The notes beneath the pieces were generated by a model, which was not told where the DNA came from, did no database searches, and saw nothing but the letters and a program-made list of their open reading frames with translations. 29,306 nucleotides of DNA from a virus (lineage: Duplodnaviria; Heunggongvirae; Uroviricota; Caudoviricetes): positions 1 to 29,306 of the IMG/VR virus record IMGVR_UViG_3300025723_001543, one strand, 5' to 3'. Within the stretch, counting starts at the first letter, position 1, and each line of letters begins with the position of its first letter. Shown in pieces: positions 16,502 to 26,200 of the stretch. The position numbers were made by a program, and so were the translations under genes.

Positions 16502-16735
16502 ATGACAAAGTTTATCAAACTTACAAATATTCGTGCAGATATTCGTGGTTCATATCTTTATTTCAATCCAGATCACATTACATGTGTGTATGATTTGAAC
16601 ACTGAAGACGGTGAAAAAACTTTTATCTATGGGGGTAATCCTTCTCAGACATGGGAAGTTGAAGAAACTGCAAGACAAATTAATGATTTGATCAATGGTG
16701 GTAAGCAAATTAATAATATTATTGATGGTGAATAA
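16502..16735 (+). CDS. Small protein, FlbD-like
   Basis: IKLT...YFNPDHI..V...T.I...VEET..QI pattern. Confidence 0.5.
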   Translation: MTKFIKLTNIRADIRGSYLYFNPDHITCVYDLNTEDGEKTFIYGGNPSQTWEVEETARQINDLINGGKQINNIIDGE

Positions 16736-16736
16736 T

Positions 16737-17435
16737 ATGAATGATACAAAGATTATTGCTATTACTGAACCTAAAATTTGGACAGATTCACCGGGTGAAC
16801 CGCAAAAACTTACAGTAGATGAGTTTATTGCTTATGTTGCTCGTGTGTCAAATCCAAGCAATCAAAATAACACTTTGACTGCATCGAAATTGCTCAAATA
16901 TCTTGCAAAGCATAAGCATTGGTCTCCTTTTGAGATGGTCAATGTAGTTATGGAAATTAATACGACTCGTGATATTGCTCGTCAAATTCTTCGTCATCGT
17001 TCATTTTCTTTTCAAGAATTTTCTCAACGTTATGCTGATCCCACCAAGGATTTAGGGTTCGTTACTCGTGAAGCTCGTATTCAGGATGAGAAGAATCGTC
17101 AAAATTCTATTGAATATGATAATCCTGAACTACAAACTGCATGGCGTAAAAAGCAAGAAGAAGTTATTGCTAATTCTCAAGAAGCATATAATTGGGCCAT
17201 TCGTAGAGGTATTGCTAAGGAACAAGCTCGTTCTGTTCTTCCAGAAGGTCTTACTGTTTCTCGTCTGTATATGAATGGCAGTCTCCGCAGTTGGATCACC
17301 TACATTGCTATCAGAGAAAAGGTTGAGACACAAAAAGAACATCGTGAAATAGCAAAGAACTGTAAATCAGAGATTCTTCAATATTTTCCTAGTTTGTCGT
17401 GTCTTAGTGATGAAAATGATGAATGGGTTGTATAA
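16737..17435 (+). CDS. thyX: FAD-dependent thymidylate synthase
   Basis: ARVSNP, HWSPFE, RHRSFSFQEFSQRY, KEQAR.VLP, TQKEH. Confidence 0.95.
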   Translation: MNDTKIIAITEPKIWTDSPGEPQKLTVDEFIAYVARVSNPSNQNNTLTASKLLKYLAKHKHWSPFEMVNVVMEINTTRDIARQILRHRSFSFQEFSQRYADPTKDLGFVTREARIQDEKNRQNSIEYDNPELQTAWRKKQEEVIANSQEAYNWAIRRGIAKEQARSVLPEGLTVSRLYMNGSLRSWITYIAIREKVETQKEHREIAKNCKSEILQYFPSLSCLSDENDEWVV

Positions 17436-18054
17436 ATACATACTAGTATTCATTACTAGGAGTATATTATATGGGAAGACCTTCAAAACACAAAGTAGGA
17501 AATTTTTGGGGTAAACTAGAAGTTCTTGATATATTGCCAAACAACGTTTCTGGTCAGCATGTATCTCTAAGATGTTTTTGTCATTATTGTAACAACGAAA
17601 CCATTGTGAATGGGGGGTTGATACATAAGTTTCAGAGTTGTGGATGTCAAAAACACAACTCTGAAACTTGGAAAAGTAAGGGTGGTCCTAAAACGAAACC
17701 TTGGCAACTTGAAGAAGGTATCGCTGCCAGAAACAATCTTGAGTATCAATACAAAAGGGGCGCACAAAAACGAAACCTTGATTATGATCTTACAACCAAA
17801 GAGTTTGTAGATATAGTTACAGGATCGTGTTTTTACTGCGGTGATGCTCTGACAAATGTTCAGAAAGGACAAGGTAAGACGAGTGGTAATTTTTCCTTTA
17901 CAGGAATAGACAGAGTAGATTCCTCAAAAGGTTATACAGTTGAAAATAGCGTACCATGTTGTTGGATGTGTAACAACATGAAGGGAACAACAGATAAAGA
18001 ATCGTTTGTCAGACACATCAAAAAGATGTATAATTATTTTAATGGAGAAAAATG
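17316..18054 (+). mobile_element. Homing endonuclease cassette inserted in thyX, carrying a replacement thyX 3' end
   Basis: Duplicated thyX tail on each side of the HNH gene; left boundary approximate. Confidence 0.65.
17431..17466 (+). promoter_or_regulatory. T4 late promoter TATAAATA plus SD-sequestering hairpin
   Basis: TATAAATA overlaps the thyX stop; ctagta-ttcat-tactag stem overlaps the GGAG SD. Confidence 0.75.
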
Positions 18055-18055
18055 A
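17471..18055 (+). CDS. Free-standing HNH/His-Cys-type homing endonuclease
   Basis: SCGC N-terminal domain, CFYCG...GIDRVDSSKGY...NSVPCC..CN.MK. Confidence 0.85.
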   Translation: MGRPSKHKVGNFWGKLEVLDILPNNVSGQHVSLRCFCHYCNNETIVNGGLIHKFQSCGCQKHNSETWKSKGGPKTKPWQLEEGIAARNNLEYQYKRGAQKRNLDYDLTTKEFVDIVTGSCFYCGDALTNVQKGQGKTSGNFSFTGIDRVDSSKGYTVENSVPCCWMCNNMKGTTDKESFVRHIKKMYNYFNGEK

Positions 18056-18156
18056 TGGCTAATGGAACACAGAAGGAACATCGTGAAGTTGCTATTGATG
18101 CTTGGAATCAGATTACAGAGCAGTTTCCATCGCTTAAGGATGCACTTGACCTATGA
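18052..18156 (+). pseudogene. Displaced original thyX C-terminal fragment (MMANGTQKEHREVAIDAWNQITEQFPSLKDALDL)
   Basis: TQKEHRE..A...I...FPSL matches the ThyX tail at 17328-17400. Confidence 0.8.
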
Positions 18157-18329
18157 TTAAAATCTATGTCGTTATGAATTATAATTATCCAAGTCACGTA
18201 TTCGATAGCCTTGAAAAAGCAATTGAATATTGTAAAAATTGTGGTGATGAGGATGAGTATACTATTGACGAATATGAATTGAATGGTGGATTAATCAGAG
18301 ATACTGTTTGGGAAAATGACTATGATTAA
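18153..18329 (+). CDS. Hypothetical protein (58 aa)
   Basis: ATGA overlap with the fragment's stop; MIKIYVV...VFDSLEKA..Y. Confidence 0.65.
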   Translation: MIKIYVVMNYNYPSHVFDSLEKAIEYCKNCGDEDEYTIDEYELNGGLIRDTVWENDYD

Positions 18330-18567
18330 GAAGCCTGTAGTTCCTGAACATGTTTGTCCATACGTTGATATGGCAATTGAACTTATGGAAGAAATGGTTG
18401 AAGAACAAGATCTAGAATGGCGTAGAGCTAAAGCTGATCTTGCCACTGCTCTACTAGAGCATGTTAGACTTAGTGCTGAATTATTGCGCACAAGTAGTAA
18501 ATTTTGGTATGATAAAAGTAAAAGAGAAACAAAAAAAACTATAAATATTAAAAATACATCAACGTAA
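18322..18567 (+). CDS. Hypothetical protein
   Basis: ORF track; overlaps the upstream ORF. Confidence 0.65.
   Translation: MIKKPVVPEHVCPYVDMAIELMEEMVEEQDLEWRRAKADLATALLEHVRLSAELLRTSSKFWYDKSKRETKKTINIKNTST
18540..18547 (+). promoter_or_regulatory. T4 late promoter TATAAATA
   Basis: Exact consensus 30 bp upstream of the GT2 gene. Confidence 0.55.
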
Positions 18568-18576
18568 AGTATTATT

Positions 18577-19278
18577 ATGATTTCATTTATTATACCTTGT
18601 TATAACGAAGAAGCACATATCAAAGATTGTATTCGTTCAATTAGGAAACACGTATGGTATATTCCTTATGAGATTATCGTAGTTGATAATAACTGTACTG
18701 ATAAAACAGTTGAAATTGCAAAAGAAGAACAAGCGTTTATTGTTAAAGAATCTCGTAAAGGTGTTGTGTTTGCAAGACAAGCTGGTTATGAAAATGCTAA
18801 AGGTTTTTTAATTGCTAACATTGATGCTGATTCAAAGATAACTGATGGTTGGATTTGGGAAGCACTTAGTAGATTATCAAACGATGATGTCGTTGCTGTA
18901 ACTGGACCTCTTGAGTATGAGGGGGCGGGGTTTAGTTTACGAATAATGACTAAGTTCTATTATCTTCTTGCTAAAGTAAGCAACGATCATATTGGTGTTT
19001 TTCTTCAGGGTGGCAACACTATGATTAAAAAATCAGCTCTTGATAAAGTCGGAGGATACGACCTTTCTATTGCTTTCTATGGCGAAGATACCATGACAGC
19101 AAAACGTATCCAACATCTTGGTAAGATAATATTTAACATGTATATGATTACTACAACATCACCAAGAAGACTTGAAGAACAAGGTATAATTTCTACTACA
19201 TGGATGTACTTTATAAATTATCTATCAGTAACATTCAAAAATAAATCTACAACGAATGACTACAAGGATTTTAGATGA
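18577..19278 (+). CDS. GT2 glycosyltransferase
   Basis: ISFIIPCYNEE, VVDNNCTD, DAD, GED, TSPRR. Confidence 0.92.
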   Translation: MISFIIPCYNEEAHIKDCIRSIRKHVWYIPYEIIVVDNNCTDKTVEIAKEEQAFIVKESRKGVVFARQAGYENAKGFLIANIDADSKITDGWIWEALSRLSNDDVVAVTGPLEYEGAGFSLRIMTKFYYLLAKVSNDHIGVFLQGGNTMIKKSALDKVGGYDLSIAFYGEDTMTAKRIQHLGKIIFNMYMITTTSPRRLEEQGIISTTWMYFINYLSVTFKNKSTTNDYKDFR

Positions 19279-20003
19279 AGTCTTATAGAACAGTATTCAT
19301 TTCAGATTTACATTTAGGCACGAAAATGAGTCAAGCAGATCAATTGCTTGAGTTTATGAAAACATTTGAATGCGAGAAGATATATCTGGTTGGCGATATT
19401 GTTGATTGTTGGGCTATGTCAAGAAAAATGATATGGTCTCAATTTCATAACGACGTTATTCAAAAATTACTTCGTCGTGCAAGAAAAGGTACAGAAGTAG
19501 TTTACATTCCCGGCAATCATGATGATGTAATGCGTAACTATTGTGATAATGAATTTGGTCATATCATTATGGTACAAGATTGTGTCCATGTCGGTGTTGA
19601 TGGAAAGATATATTATGTAACACATGGAGACCAGTTTGATATTGTGATGCGTAATGCTAAATGGCTTGCTTATTTTGGTGGTTGGGCTTATGATATAAGT
19701 ATCGATATGAGTCGTTTTATCAATAAAATTAGAACAGTTTTTGGTCTAAAATATTGGTCTTTATCAGCATATCTTAAATATAAAGTAAAAGAATCTGTCA
19801 ACTTTATTGGAAACTATGAAGAAACACTTAGTAATTACGTCAAAGGAAAAAAACTAGATGGTATTATTTGCGGTCATATACACCATGCTAATATTCGTGA
19901 CATTGGCGGCATTAGATATATGAATTGTGGAGATTGGGTAGAATCTTGCACAGCATTGGTTGAGAACCATGATGGTTCATTTGAAATAGTAAAGTGGAAA
20001 TAA
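19275..20003 (+). CDS. UDP-2,3-diacylglucosamine hydrolase-like (LpxH-like) metallophosphoesterase
   Basis: SDLHLG, GDIVD, GNHD, HGDQFD, CGHIH, NCGDWVESCTA. Confidence 0.88.
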   Translation: MKSYRTVFISDLHLGTKMSQADQLLEFMKTFECEKIYLVGDIVDCWAMSRKMIWSQFHNDVIQKLLRRARKGTEVVYIPGNHDDVMRNYCDNEFGHIIMVQDCVHVGVDGKIYYVTHGDQFDIVMRNAKWLAYFGGWAYDISIDMSRFINKIRTVFGLKYWSLSAYLKYKVKESVNFIGNYEETLSNYVKGKKLDGIICGHIHHANIRDIGGIRYMNCGDWVESCTALVENHDGSFEIVKWK

Positions 20004-20007
20004 TTAA

Positions 20008-20109
20008 TTAACCACCATGTGTTATTGAATATCCAGCCAATAACACAATACCAAAAGACATTACCACAAATGCATATACAGTATATGTGAAAAGTTTTAT
20101 TATATCCAT
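20008..20109 (-). CDS. 33-aa hydrophobic membrane peptide
   Basis: MDIIKLFTYTVYAFVVMSFGIVLLAGYSITHGG; overlaps the end of the DUF4337 gene. Confidence 0.45.
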   Translation of the reverse strand: MDIIKLFTYTVYAFVVMSFGIVLLAGYSITHGG

Positions 20110-20633
20110 AAGAATAATCCTTGTAACATGAGAAGAATACCGATTGCCATCAGACCAAAACTACTCCAGAACATTGCAGAGCTTACCGCAATTATTGAAG
20201 CAGATACAAGAACGATTGCCATTTGAATTGCAGAACCAGCAAATGAAATCCACGGAGATTTCTGTTTTGCTAAATCTCTTTGAGCTTCAAGGTCAAGAGC
20301 TTTCGCCAACAACTCTTTCTTGCCTTCGCCAGTTGATGGTTCAGTCTCATAACGAACAGCAGTAGCTCTATACTTTTCAGCTTTTGCCTTATCACCACGA
20401 GCTTCTGCTTCATCAGCAGCAGTTTCATTCATAGTTTGTTTAATACTCTTGGCTTGATAAAACGCCCATGTATCATTAACTTTTATTGTATTTGTTAAAA
20501 TTGTGCTACTAAGTCCATTTGCAATATATGTGTTAAATGCAAGAAAAAGTGCAAAAAAAGAAATTACAAATCCAGCTTTATCTTTTAATTTTGCTTCTCT
20601 TTCGGAACGAGATAATTTTTTTTCTTCCACCAT
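20100..20633 (-). CDS. DUF4337-like membrane protein
   Basis: N-terminal TM, D.WAFYQAKSIK, coiled coil, two C-terminal TMs (Q.AIVL.S). Confidence 0.8.
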   Translation of the reverse strand: MVEEKKLSRSEREAKLKDKAGFVISFFALFLAFNTYIANGLSSTILTNTIKVNDTWAFYQAKSIKQTMNETAADEAEARGDKAKAEKYRATAVRYETEPSTGEGKKELLAKALDLEAQRDLAKQKSPWISFAGSAIQMAIVLVSASIIAVSSAMFWSSFGLMAIGILLMLQGLFLWI

Positions 20634-20635
20634 AA

Positions 20636-20890
20636 TTATCCTCCAATTAATTTAAATACTGACAATAACATGCCAAGATCAAATTTTCCAGTAACAATAG
20701 ATAATCCCATTAAAGTTATAAGAATAGCTCCTGAAAATATCATAATAACTGAAATTGTTCCTATTAAATTTTCTAAATATTTCAATTGTTCTACAATAGT
20801 TAATATTTTTTCTTTATCAGATTTTTTGTCAAACCCAATTAACCAAGGATGTACAGAAAAATCATGAAGTGGTTGTTTTTCATCAGCCAT
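20636..20890 (-). CDS. Small membrane protein
   Basis: Hydrophobic C-terminal segments; coupled with its neighbours. Confidence 0.7.
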   Translation of the reverse strand: MADEKQPLHDFSVHPWLIGFDKKSDKEKILTIVEQLKYLENLIGTISVIMIFSGAILITLMGLSIVTGKFDLGMLLSVFKLIGG

Positions 20891-21450
20891 TAATATTTTC
20901 CATATATTGCTTGTGAACCGGGAACAAAAGGTGAAATTTCTCTATAAGAACTGCGATCCGTATAAGCAAAAATTGTGACTATAAAAAATAAAAATAAATA
21001 TATAATTAATGGTACGCCAACAAATACTAATGCAAATACTTGCATCAGTGCTTCTGTTTCTGCACGAGATTCCGCTTCTTCTAATTCTCTTTTTGCTTTA
21101 GCCTTACCAGCAGCTATTTTTGCCTTATAATATGCATCACGTTGAGCAGGTGACATTCCCTGTAATAACAAAGCTTCTTGAACTTTAGCTTCTTCAGCTA
21201 TAGCCATATCCTTTAGAATTTTTTGTTGTTCGTTTATTTTTTTGTTATGGTCTAATGCGCTTTTATTGGCTTCATTGACTGCATTAACATGTGCAACCTT
21301 TTTTTTATGATTATCGACTACATCAACAATACCAAAAACAGAATCAGTTACGGTTTTGCCCCATGATTCACCTAATTTTGCAGCTTTATTTGGGTCTATA
21401 GGTATCATTTTAGTGTTTCCTCTAATAAAAACAGATTCACCAATTGACAT
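20890..21450 (-). CDS. Coiled-coil protein with C-terminal TM anchor
   Basis: A/K/E-rich helix followed by a long hydrophobic stretch. Confidence 0.7.
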   Translation of the reverse strand: MSIGESVFIRGNTKMIPIDPNKAAKLGESWGKTVTDSVFGIVDVVDNHKKKVAHVNAVNEANKSALDHNKKINEQQKILKDMAIAEEAKVQEALLLQGMSPAQRDAYYKAKIAAGKAKAKRELEEAESRAETEALMQVFALVFVGVPLIIYLFLFFIVTIFAYTDRSSYREISPFVPGSQAIYGKY

Positions 21451-21478
21451 ACTATATCATATGTGTTATTTATAAATA
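21444..21478. promoter_or_regulatory. Divergent promoter region: TTGACA-N17-TATTTA (+) and palindromic TATTTATAAATA double late promoter
   Basis: 21467-21478 reads TATAAATA on both strands. Confidence 0.65.
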
Positions 21479-21501
21479 GATCAAAGAGGACATTATTTAT
21501 T

Positions 21502-21981
21502 ATGATAAAATTTAAGAATCAAAAGCATGTTTCTCCATTAATACTTGAACATTTTAGAGATTTTGGTGGGTTTATTCTTGATAAATTTTTTAATGAAAAT
21601 CTCAAGAAAAAGCTTGATATTACAGTAACATTTAAAAAAAATATGTACAAAGATGAAAACATCTTTGGTTGTTGCATATGGGAAGATACTCATTTCAGAC
21701 CAAAAGTTTTTTCTATAGATATAGACCCAGATCAAAAACTTCATGTTTTGATGGATTGTTTTGCTCATGAAATGGTCCATGTAAAGCAATGGGCAAAAGG
21801 CGAATATTACCAGACAATGAAGAACAACAAAGTTTATGTGTACAATAAAAGAAAAATAGATACTGTTAAAGTGTCTTATTGGGATCAACCATGGGAAATA
21901 GAAGCACATGGAAGAGCAATTGGTTTAGTTGTTCAATGGTCCCAAGATCGTAAAATAAACGAAGGTGTGATCCAAGACTGA
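21502..21981 (+). CDS. Zinc metallopeptidase-like protein (HExxH)
   Basis: AHEMVHVKQ...Y.DQPWEIEA. Confidence 0.8.
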   Translation: MIKFKNQKHVSPLILEHFRDFGGFILDKFFNENLKKKLDITVTFKKNMYKDENIFGCCIWEDTHFRPKVFSIDIDPDQKLHVLMDCFAHEMVHVKQWAKGEYYQTMKNNKVYVYNKRKIDTVKVSYWDQPWEIEAHGRAIGLVVQWSQDRKINEGVIQD

Positions 21982-21993
21982 AAGGATTTTATT

Positions 21994-22560
21994 ATGTTAA
22001 TTTTAACTGATTGTGATGGTGTTCTTTTGAATTGGGAATACGCTTTTGATGTATGGATGGAGCGTAAAGGTTATAAAAAAATAGAAGAGTATAATCAGGA
22101 ATATAATATCGGTAAACGATATGGTATTTCATATGAGAATTATAAGTGTTTAATAGCAGATTTTAACGAATCGGCTGTTATTGGATTTCTTCCACCACTT
22201 CGTGATGCTGTTGAATATGTTCAGAAGCTTCATCGTAAACATGGATGTGTATTTCATGTCATCAGTTCTCTTAGTCTTGATCCTTCTTCTTGTCAATTAA
22301 GGACACAGAATCTCCAAAAGATTTTTGGCGAAAGTGTATTTGAAGGTTTTACTTATCTTGATACTGGTGCAGATAAGGATGATGTACTAGTAAAGTATAA
22401 GGATAAAGAATATTATTGGATCGAAGATAAGATTGAAAATGCAGAACTTGGTAAAAAATTAGGTCTTCGCTCTATCCTTATGGAACATGGGCATAATATG
22501 AATTATGAAGGCATTCCAAAGGCAAAAAATTGGAAAGAGATATATGAATGGATTACCTAA
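21994..22560 (+). CDS. HAD-family 5'(3')-nucleotidase-like phosphatase (T4 gp30.2-like)
   Basis: LTDCDGVL, K, WIEDK motifs. Confidence 0.85.
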   Translation: MLILTDCDGVLLNWEYAFDVWMERKGYKKIEEYNQEYNIGKRYGISYENYKCLIADFNESAVIGFLPPLRDAVEYVQKLHRKHGCVFHVISSLSLDPSSCQLRTQNLQKIFGESVFEGFTYLDTGADKDDVLVKYKDKEYYWIEDKIENAELGKKLGLRSILMEHGHNMNYEGIPKAKNWKEIYEWIT

Positions 22561-22590
22561 ATAATGTATGATGTTTAGGATTTTTTAAAT

Positions 22591-23280
22591 ATGTCAAAAA
22601 GCCGTATTGAAAGAGGAGCAGAAGCTCAAGAAAATTTTGCAGCAATCCTTGAAAATTATAATATACCGGTATTATCTATTGCTAAAAAAGCTAGTAAACT
22701 TCCTGATATTATTTTTAATTTAGATAATAAACCTCAACAAGCAGAAGTGAAAAGCACCAGCGATTTCACTTCTGTTACTATATTTGATAAAACAGTTACT
22801 AGAGGCAAAGAAAATGCCGATGTAGATATTATTATCAAACAATTAAAAGGTTATGATACTTTTGAAAAATATATAGATCATTTGAGAAAGATTGAAGGAG
22901 AACATTATGCTGGATTTGTTGGTGATGAAGGAATTTTAAATTCTTCTGGAAAAGTTCCTAAAGCAGAATTTGAATTTAATACTCCTCAAGAAAAAAATTT
23001 ATTCGTAGAATTGATTAGAGCACATTGGGCAGATAGCGGAGATAATTATTTTGTTATTGTTCAAAAAGGTGGGGTAAAATTTTCTTTGTTTAGCACCAAC
23101 ATGAGAATAAAAAGAATAATGGGCATGAATGCAGTTCCATTTGATTCTGTGCATATAAAAGAAGCTTTTCTTGATACAGCTGGTGCTGGTGGAGGTAAAG
23201 GTAAATTAAGAGTAGCATTGAAAGTTACCCTAAATACTGGAACAATCAAAACAAAAATAACTTCTAAATTTTTAAGGTAG
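22591..23280 (+). CDS. PD-(D/E)xK nuclease-like protein
   Basis: G..A.E, PDI...AEVKS; CTAAATA late-type promoter at 22557-22563. Confidence 0.55.
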   Translation: MSKSRIERGAEAQENFAAILENYNIPVLSIAKKASKLPDIIFNLDNKPQQAEVKSTSDFTSVTIFDKTVTRGKENADVDIIIKQLKGYDTFEKYIDHLRKIEGEHYAGFVGDEGILNSSGKVPKAEFEFNTPQEKNLFVELIRAHWADSGDNYFVIVQKGGVKFSLFSTNMRIKRIMGMNAVPFDSVHIKEAFLDTAGAGGGKGKLRVALKVTLNTGTIKTKITSKFLR

Positions 23281-23289
23281 TGAAAAGAT

Positions 23290-26200
23290 ATGGATGAAAA
23301 AAAATTTCTCGAAAATTTTGCTAAAATGTTAGGTACTTCTGCACAAGAAGAACTAAAAAAGATTGAAGAAAAAAAAATAAAAGAAGAAAATCTTCTTAAA
23401 AATTTTGATTCTACTTTATCTAAAATATCTAAACCTATTATTGAAAAAGTTATTATTGAGCCTCCTATGGCCAAAAATGTTATCATTCAAAAACCTTTGG
23501 TAGAAGCAGATAATCTTATATCACAGGCTGTATCTGCTATTAATATTCCAGTAGATGCAAAGAAAACAGAATTTGATTTGATCAATTCTTCACTTCGCAA
23601 AGAAATGGATATTATTAAAAAAAATGTAACTGATTTTCATAAGATTATACATGAGCAATCAAGAAAGATTGCTCTTGCTGGTAGTAGTCATGGTGGTGGT
23701 GAAGTCAATCTTCGTTATCTAGATGACATCGACCGATCAACTATTATGCAAGGCCACTTCTTAACTTATGATGATACCAAAAGAAAATTTATTTTTTCTC
23801 AGATAGCAGAAGGAAATGTTGATCTTAGTAATATAGATCAAAACCTTATTCCTGGTGCTAATAACGTATATAATATTGGTTCACCATCAGATTATTGGAA
23901 CAACTTATACATTGATCATATCAATTTAAATGCAGGAATATTAGCAAATAATAGTCTTGGATCATCATATCAAGTTCTCACTTCTAATAGTGTTGGCGCT
24001 TATTGGAACAATCCAAATTATCTTTTATCAGAAAATAATAATAGAATAAATTATGATAATAATGGTGTATTATTAACAGGAAGTATTGTTCCGAATACAT
24101 CAGTGATGTATTCGTTAGGCAATACAACAAGCTATTGGAATAATTTATATACAAATTCAATCAGTGTTCCAAACGGTTCGTTACTTACCAGTACGCTTCT
24201 AGTTTCTCCTGTTATCAACAATGCTAACCTTGATCACATTGTTGTGTATAGCACCGACTCAACATCTATTCCGATCGGAACTTATGGTAACGCCAACGAG
24301 ATCCCTGCTCCATGGTCAGTTTATCAGCTAACAACAACGCCTTCACCTGTTCTTCAGGTCAATGATCTTGTTGCTGGTACAGGCGTTCCACTAAACAATC
24401 ATATCGCATTTATTGGCACTGGCTCGTACGCTAACCTAATTATTGCAAATACCACGTTTACTGTTGCTCCGCCAGCTAATGGTACTCTTCTTACCATCAC
24501 AAGAGATGTTATCAATCCTAGCTTCTCTATTACAACCATTGCCAATACCAACATCGCATTGACTCCTGGTTATAATGGCGTTATCATTGTTAACGCTGAT
24601 ATTATTCCTGTTACAACTAATACTAACAGACTTGGTACACCAGCAAAGAGATTCAAAGAACTTTGGCTTGGACCTGGAACGCTCTACGTAGCTGACGAAA
24701 CACTTGGTGTCGATCAGGCTCTTGGCGCTAAGGACGGCAACTTCTACATCAAGGGCGGCGCTGGTTTCAACGTTGGTGAGTTTACCTTCCGTGATAATCA
24801 GCTTGCTATTACTGATTCTAATAGAGATATTCTATTTGGTAGTACGCTTGCAACTGGTAACGTTGTATTCAATAGACCAATCGCTGTTAAAACTGCTGAT
24901 ACTGGTAAAACTTCATTTTCCGTGTCAAGAGCAGGTCTTGTTAATATCGTAACTCCCGCAACTATCCTAACTACTCAGGCAGCACTTTCCATTGCAGGCG
25001 CTAACTCTGAAGTATCACAGCCACGTAACTTTACTGGCACATTGCTTCAGGGTACTGCACAGGATGGTCAACCAGCCCGTATCGCTTTTGACTCGTTTGG
25101 TAGCGGTACATACGTGGCGATTGCTGGACGTGCTGCTGGAGGTACAGTACAATCTCCAACACAGACTATTGCAAACGATGTTCTTATTCGTGTAACTGGT
25201 CAGGGTTGGGCGGCTGATGCTAACACTTACGTGGGTTCGGTTGGTCGTATCAATATCGCAGCTGCTGAAAACTTCAACTCAACTTCTGCTGGTACAAAGA
25301 TTGTATTCCAAACAACTCCAGTCGGTTCTGCTACGATTCAAACTGTCACTGCAACAGTAAGTTCAAACGGTCTAAGCTTTGTTGGTAATCCAACTGGCGC
25401 TGTTACGTTTCCTGACAATTCAGTTCAAAATACAGCGTTCAATGCAACTAATGCTGTAACAAGAATTAATGTTGGTACTGGCCTTACTCAATCAGGTAAC
25501 GTAGGTATCGTTGGTATTGATTCAACAGCTGTTCTTTCTGTTACTGGAACAACCAATCAAATTGCTGTAGCTAACATTGGTGGTAATTATACACTTTCAC
25601 TACCACAAAATTTAAATACAAATGCAGTAGTTCAGTTTGGTTCACTGACAGTAAACAATTTTATTGTTACTGGTGCAACAACTTCAGCTGAAACACTTGC
25701 TATTTCTGATAAAGTTCTTCATCTAGCATACGATTCCACAACAGAAGAACAGCTTGTTGGTGGTGGAATTACTCTTGGAAATACATCATCAAGTTATTAT
25801 GTATCTTTTCTTTATGATTTAAATAATTATCGTTGGGATACTGATGGTGCTGGATTAAAAACAAATGATTTAGTGGCTGCTAACAGTTCTATATCTAATA
25901 TTATAGTTTCAAACACTGCCCATTTTGGTGCCGCATATCTTACTGTCGGTCATGATTATCCAAATGCTATTATACAAGTAGATGATAGTTTAAATTCTTA
26001 TGCTCAAATTATTTCTCAAAATCATAATACAGGAACGCAGGCTTCTACTGATTATGTTGCTGTTAATGATGCAGGAAATGATAGTTCATATTATATTGAT
26101 ATGGGCATAAATTCTAGCAATTATAGTAATACTCAATGGACTATCAGCGGTCCAAATGATGCTTATCTTTATAATGCAAATGGTAATCTTACAATTGGAA

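Noticed and set aside
17316-18054. Group I intron or intein in thyX
   Set aside because: The insert is fully occupied by a replacement tail, promoter and HNH ORF; no room for a ribozyme core, and thyX has its own stop
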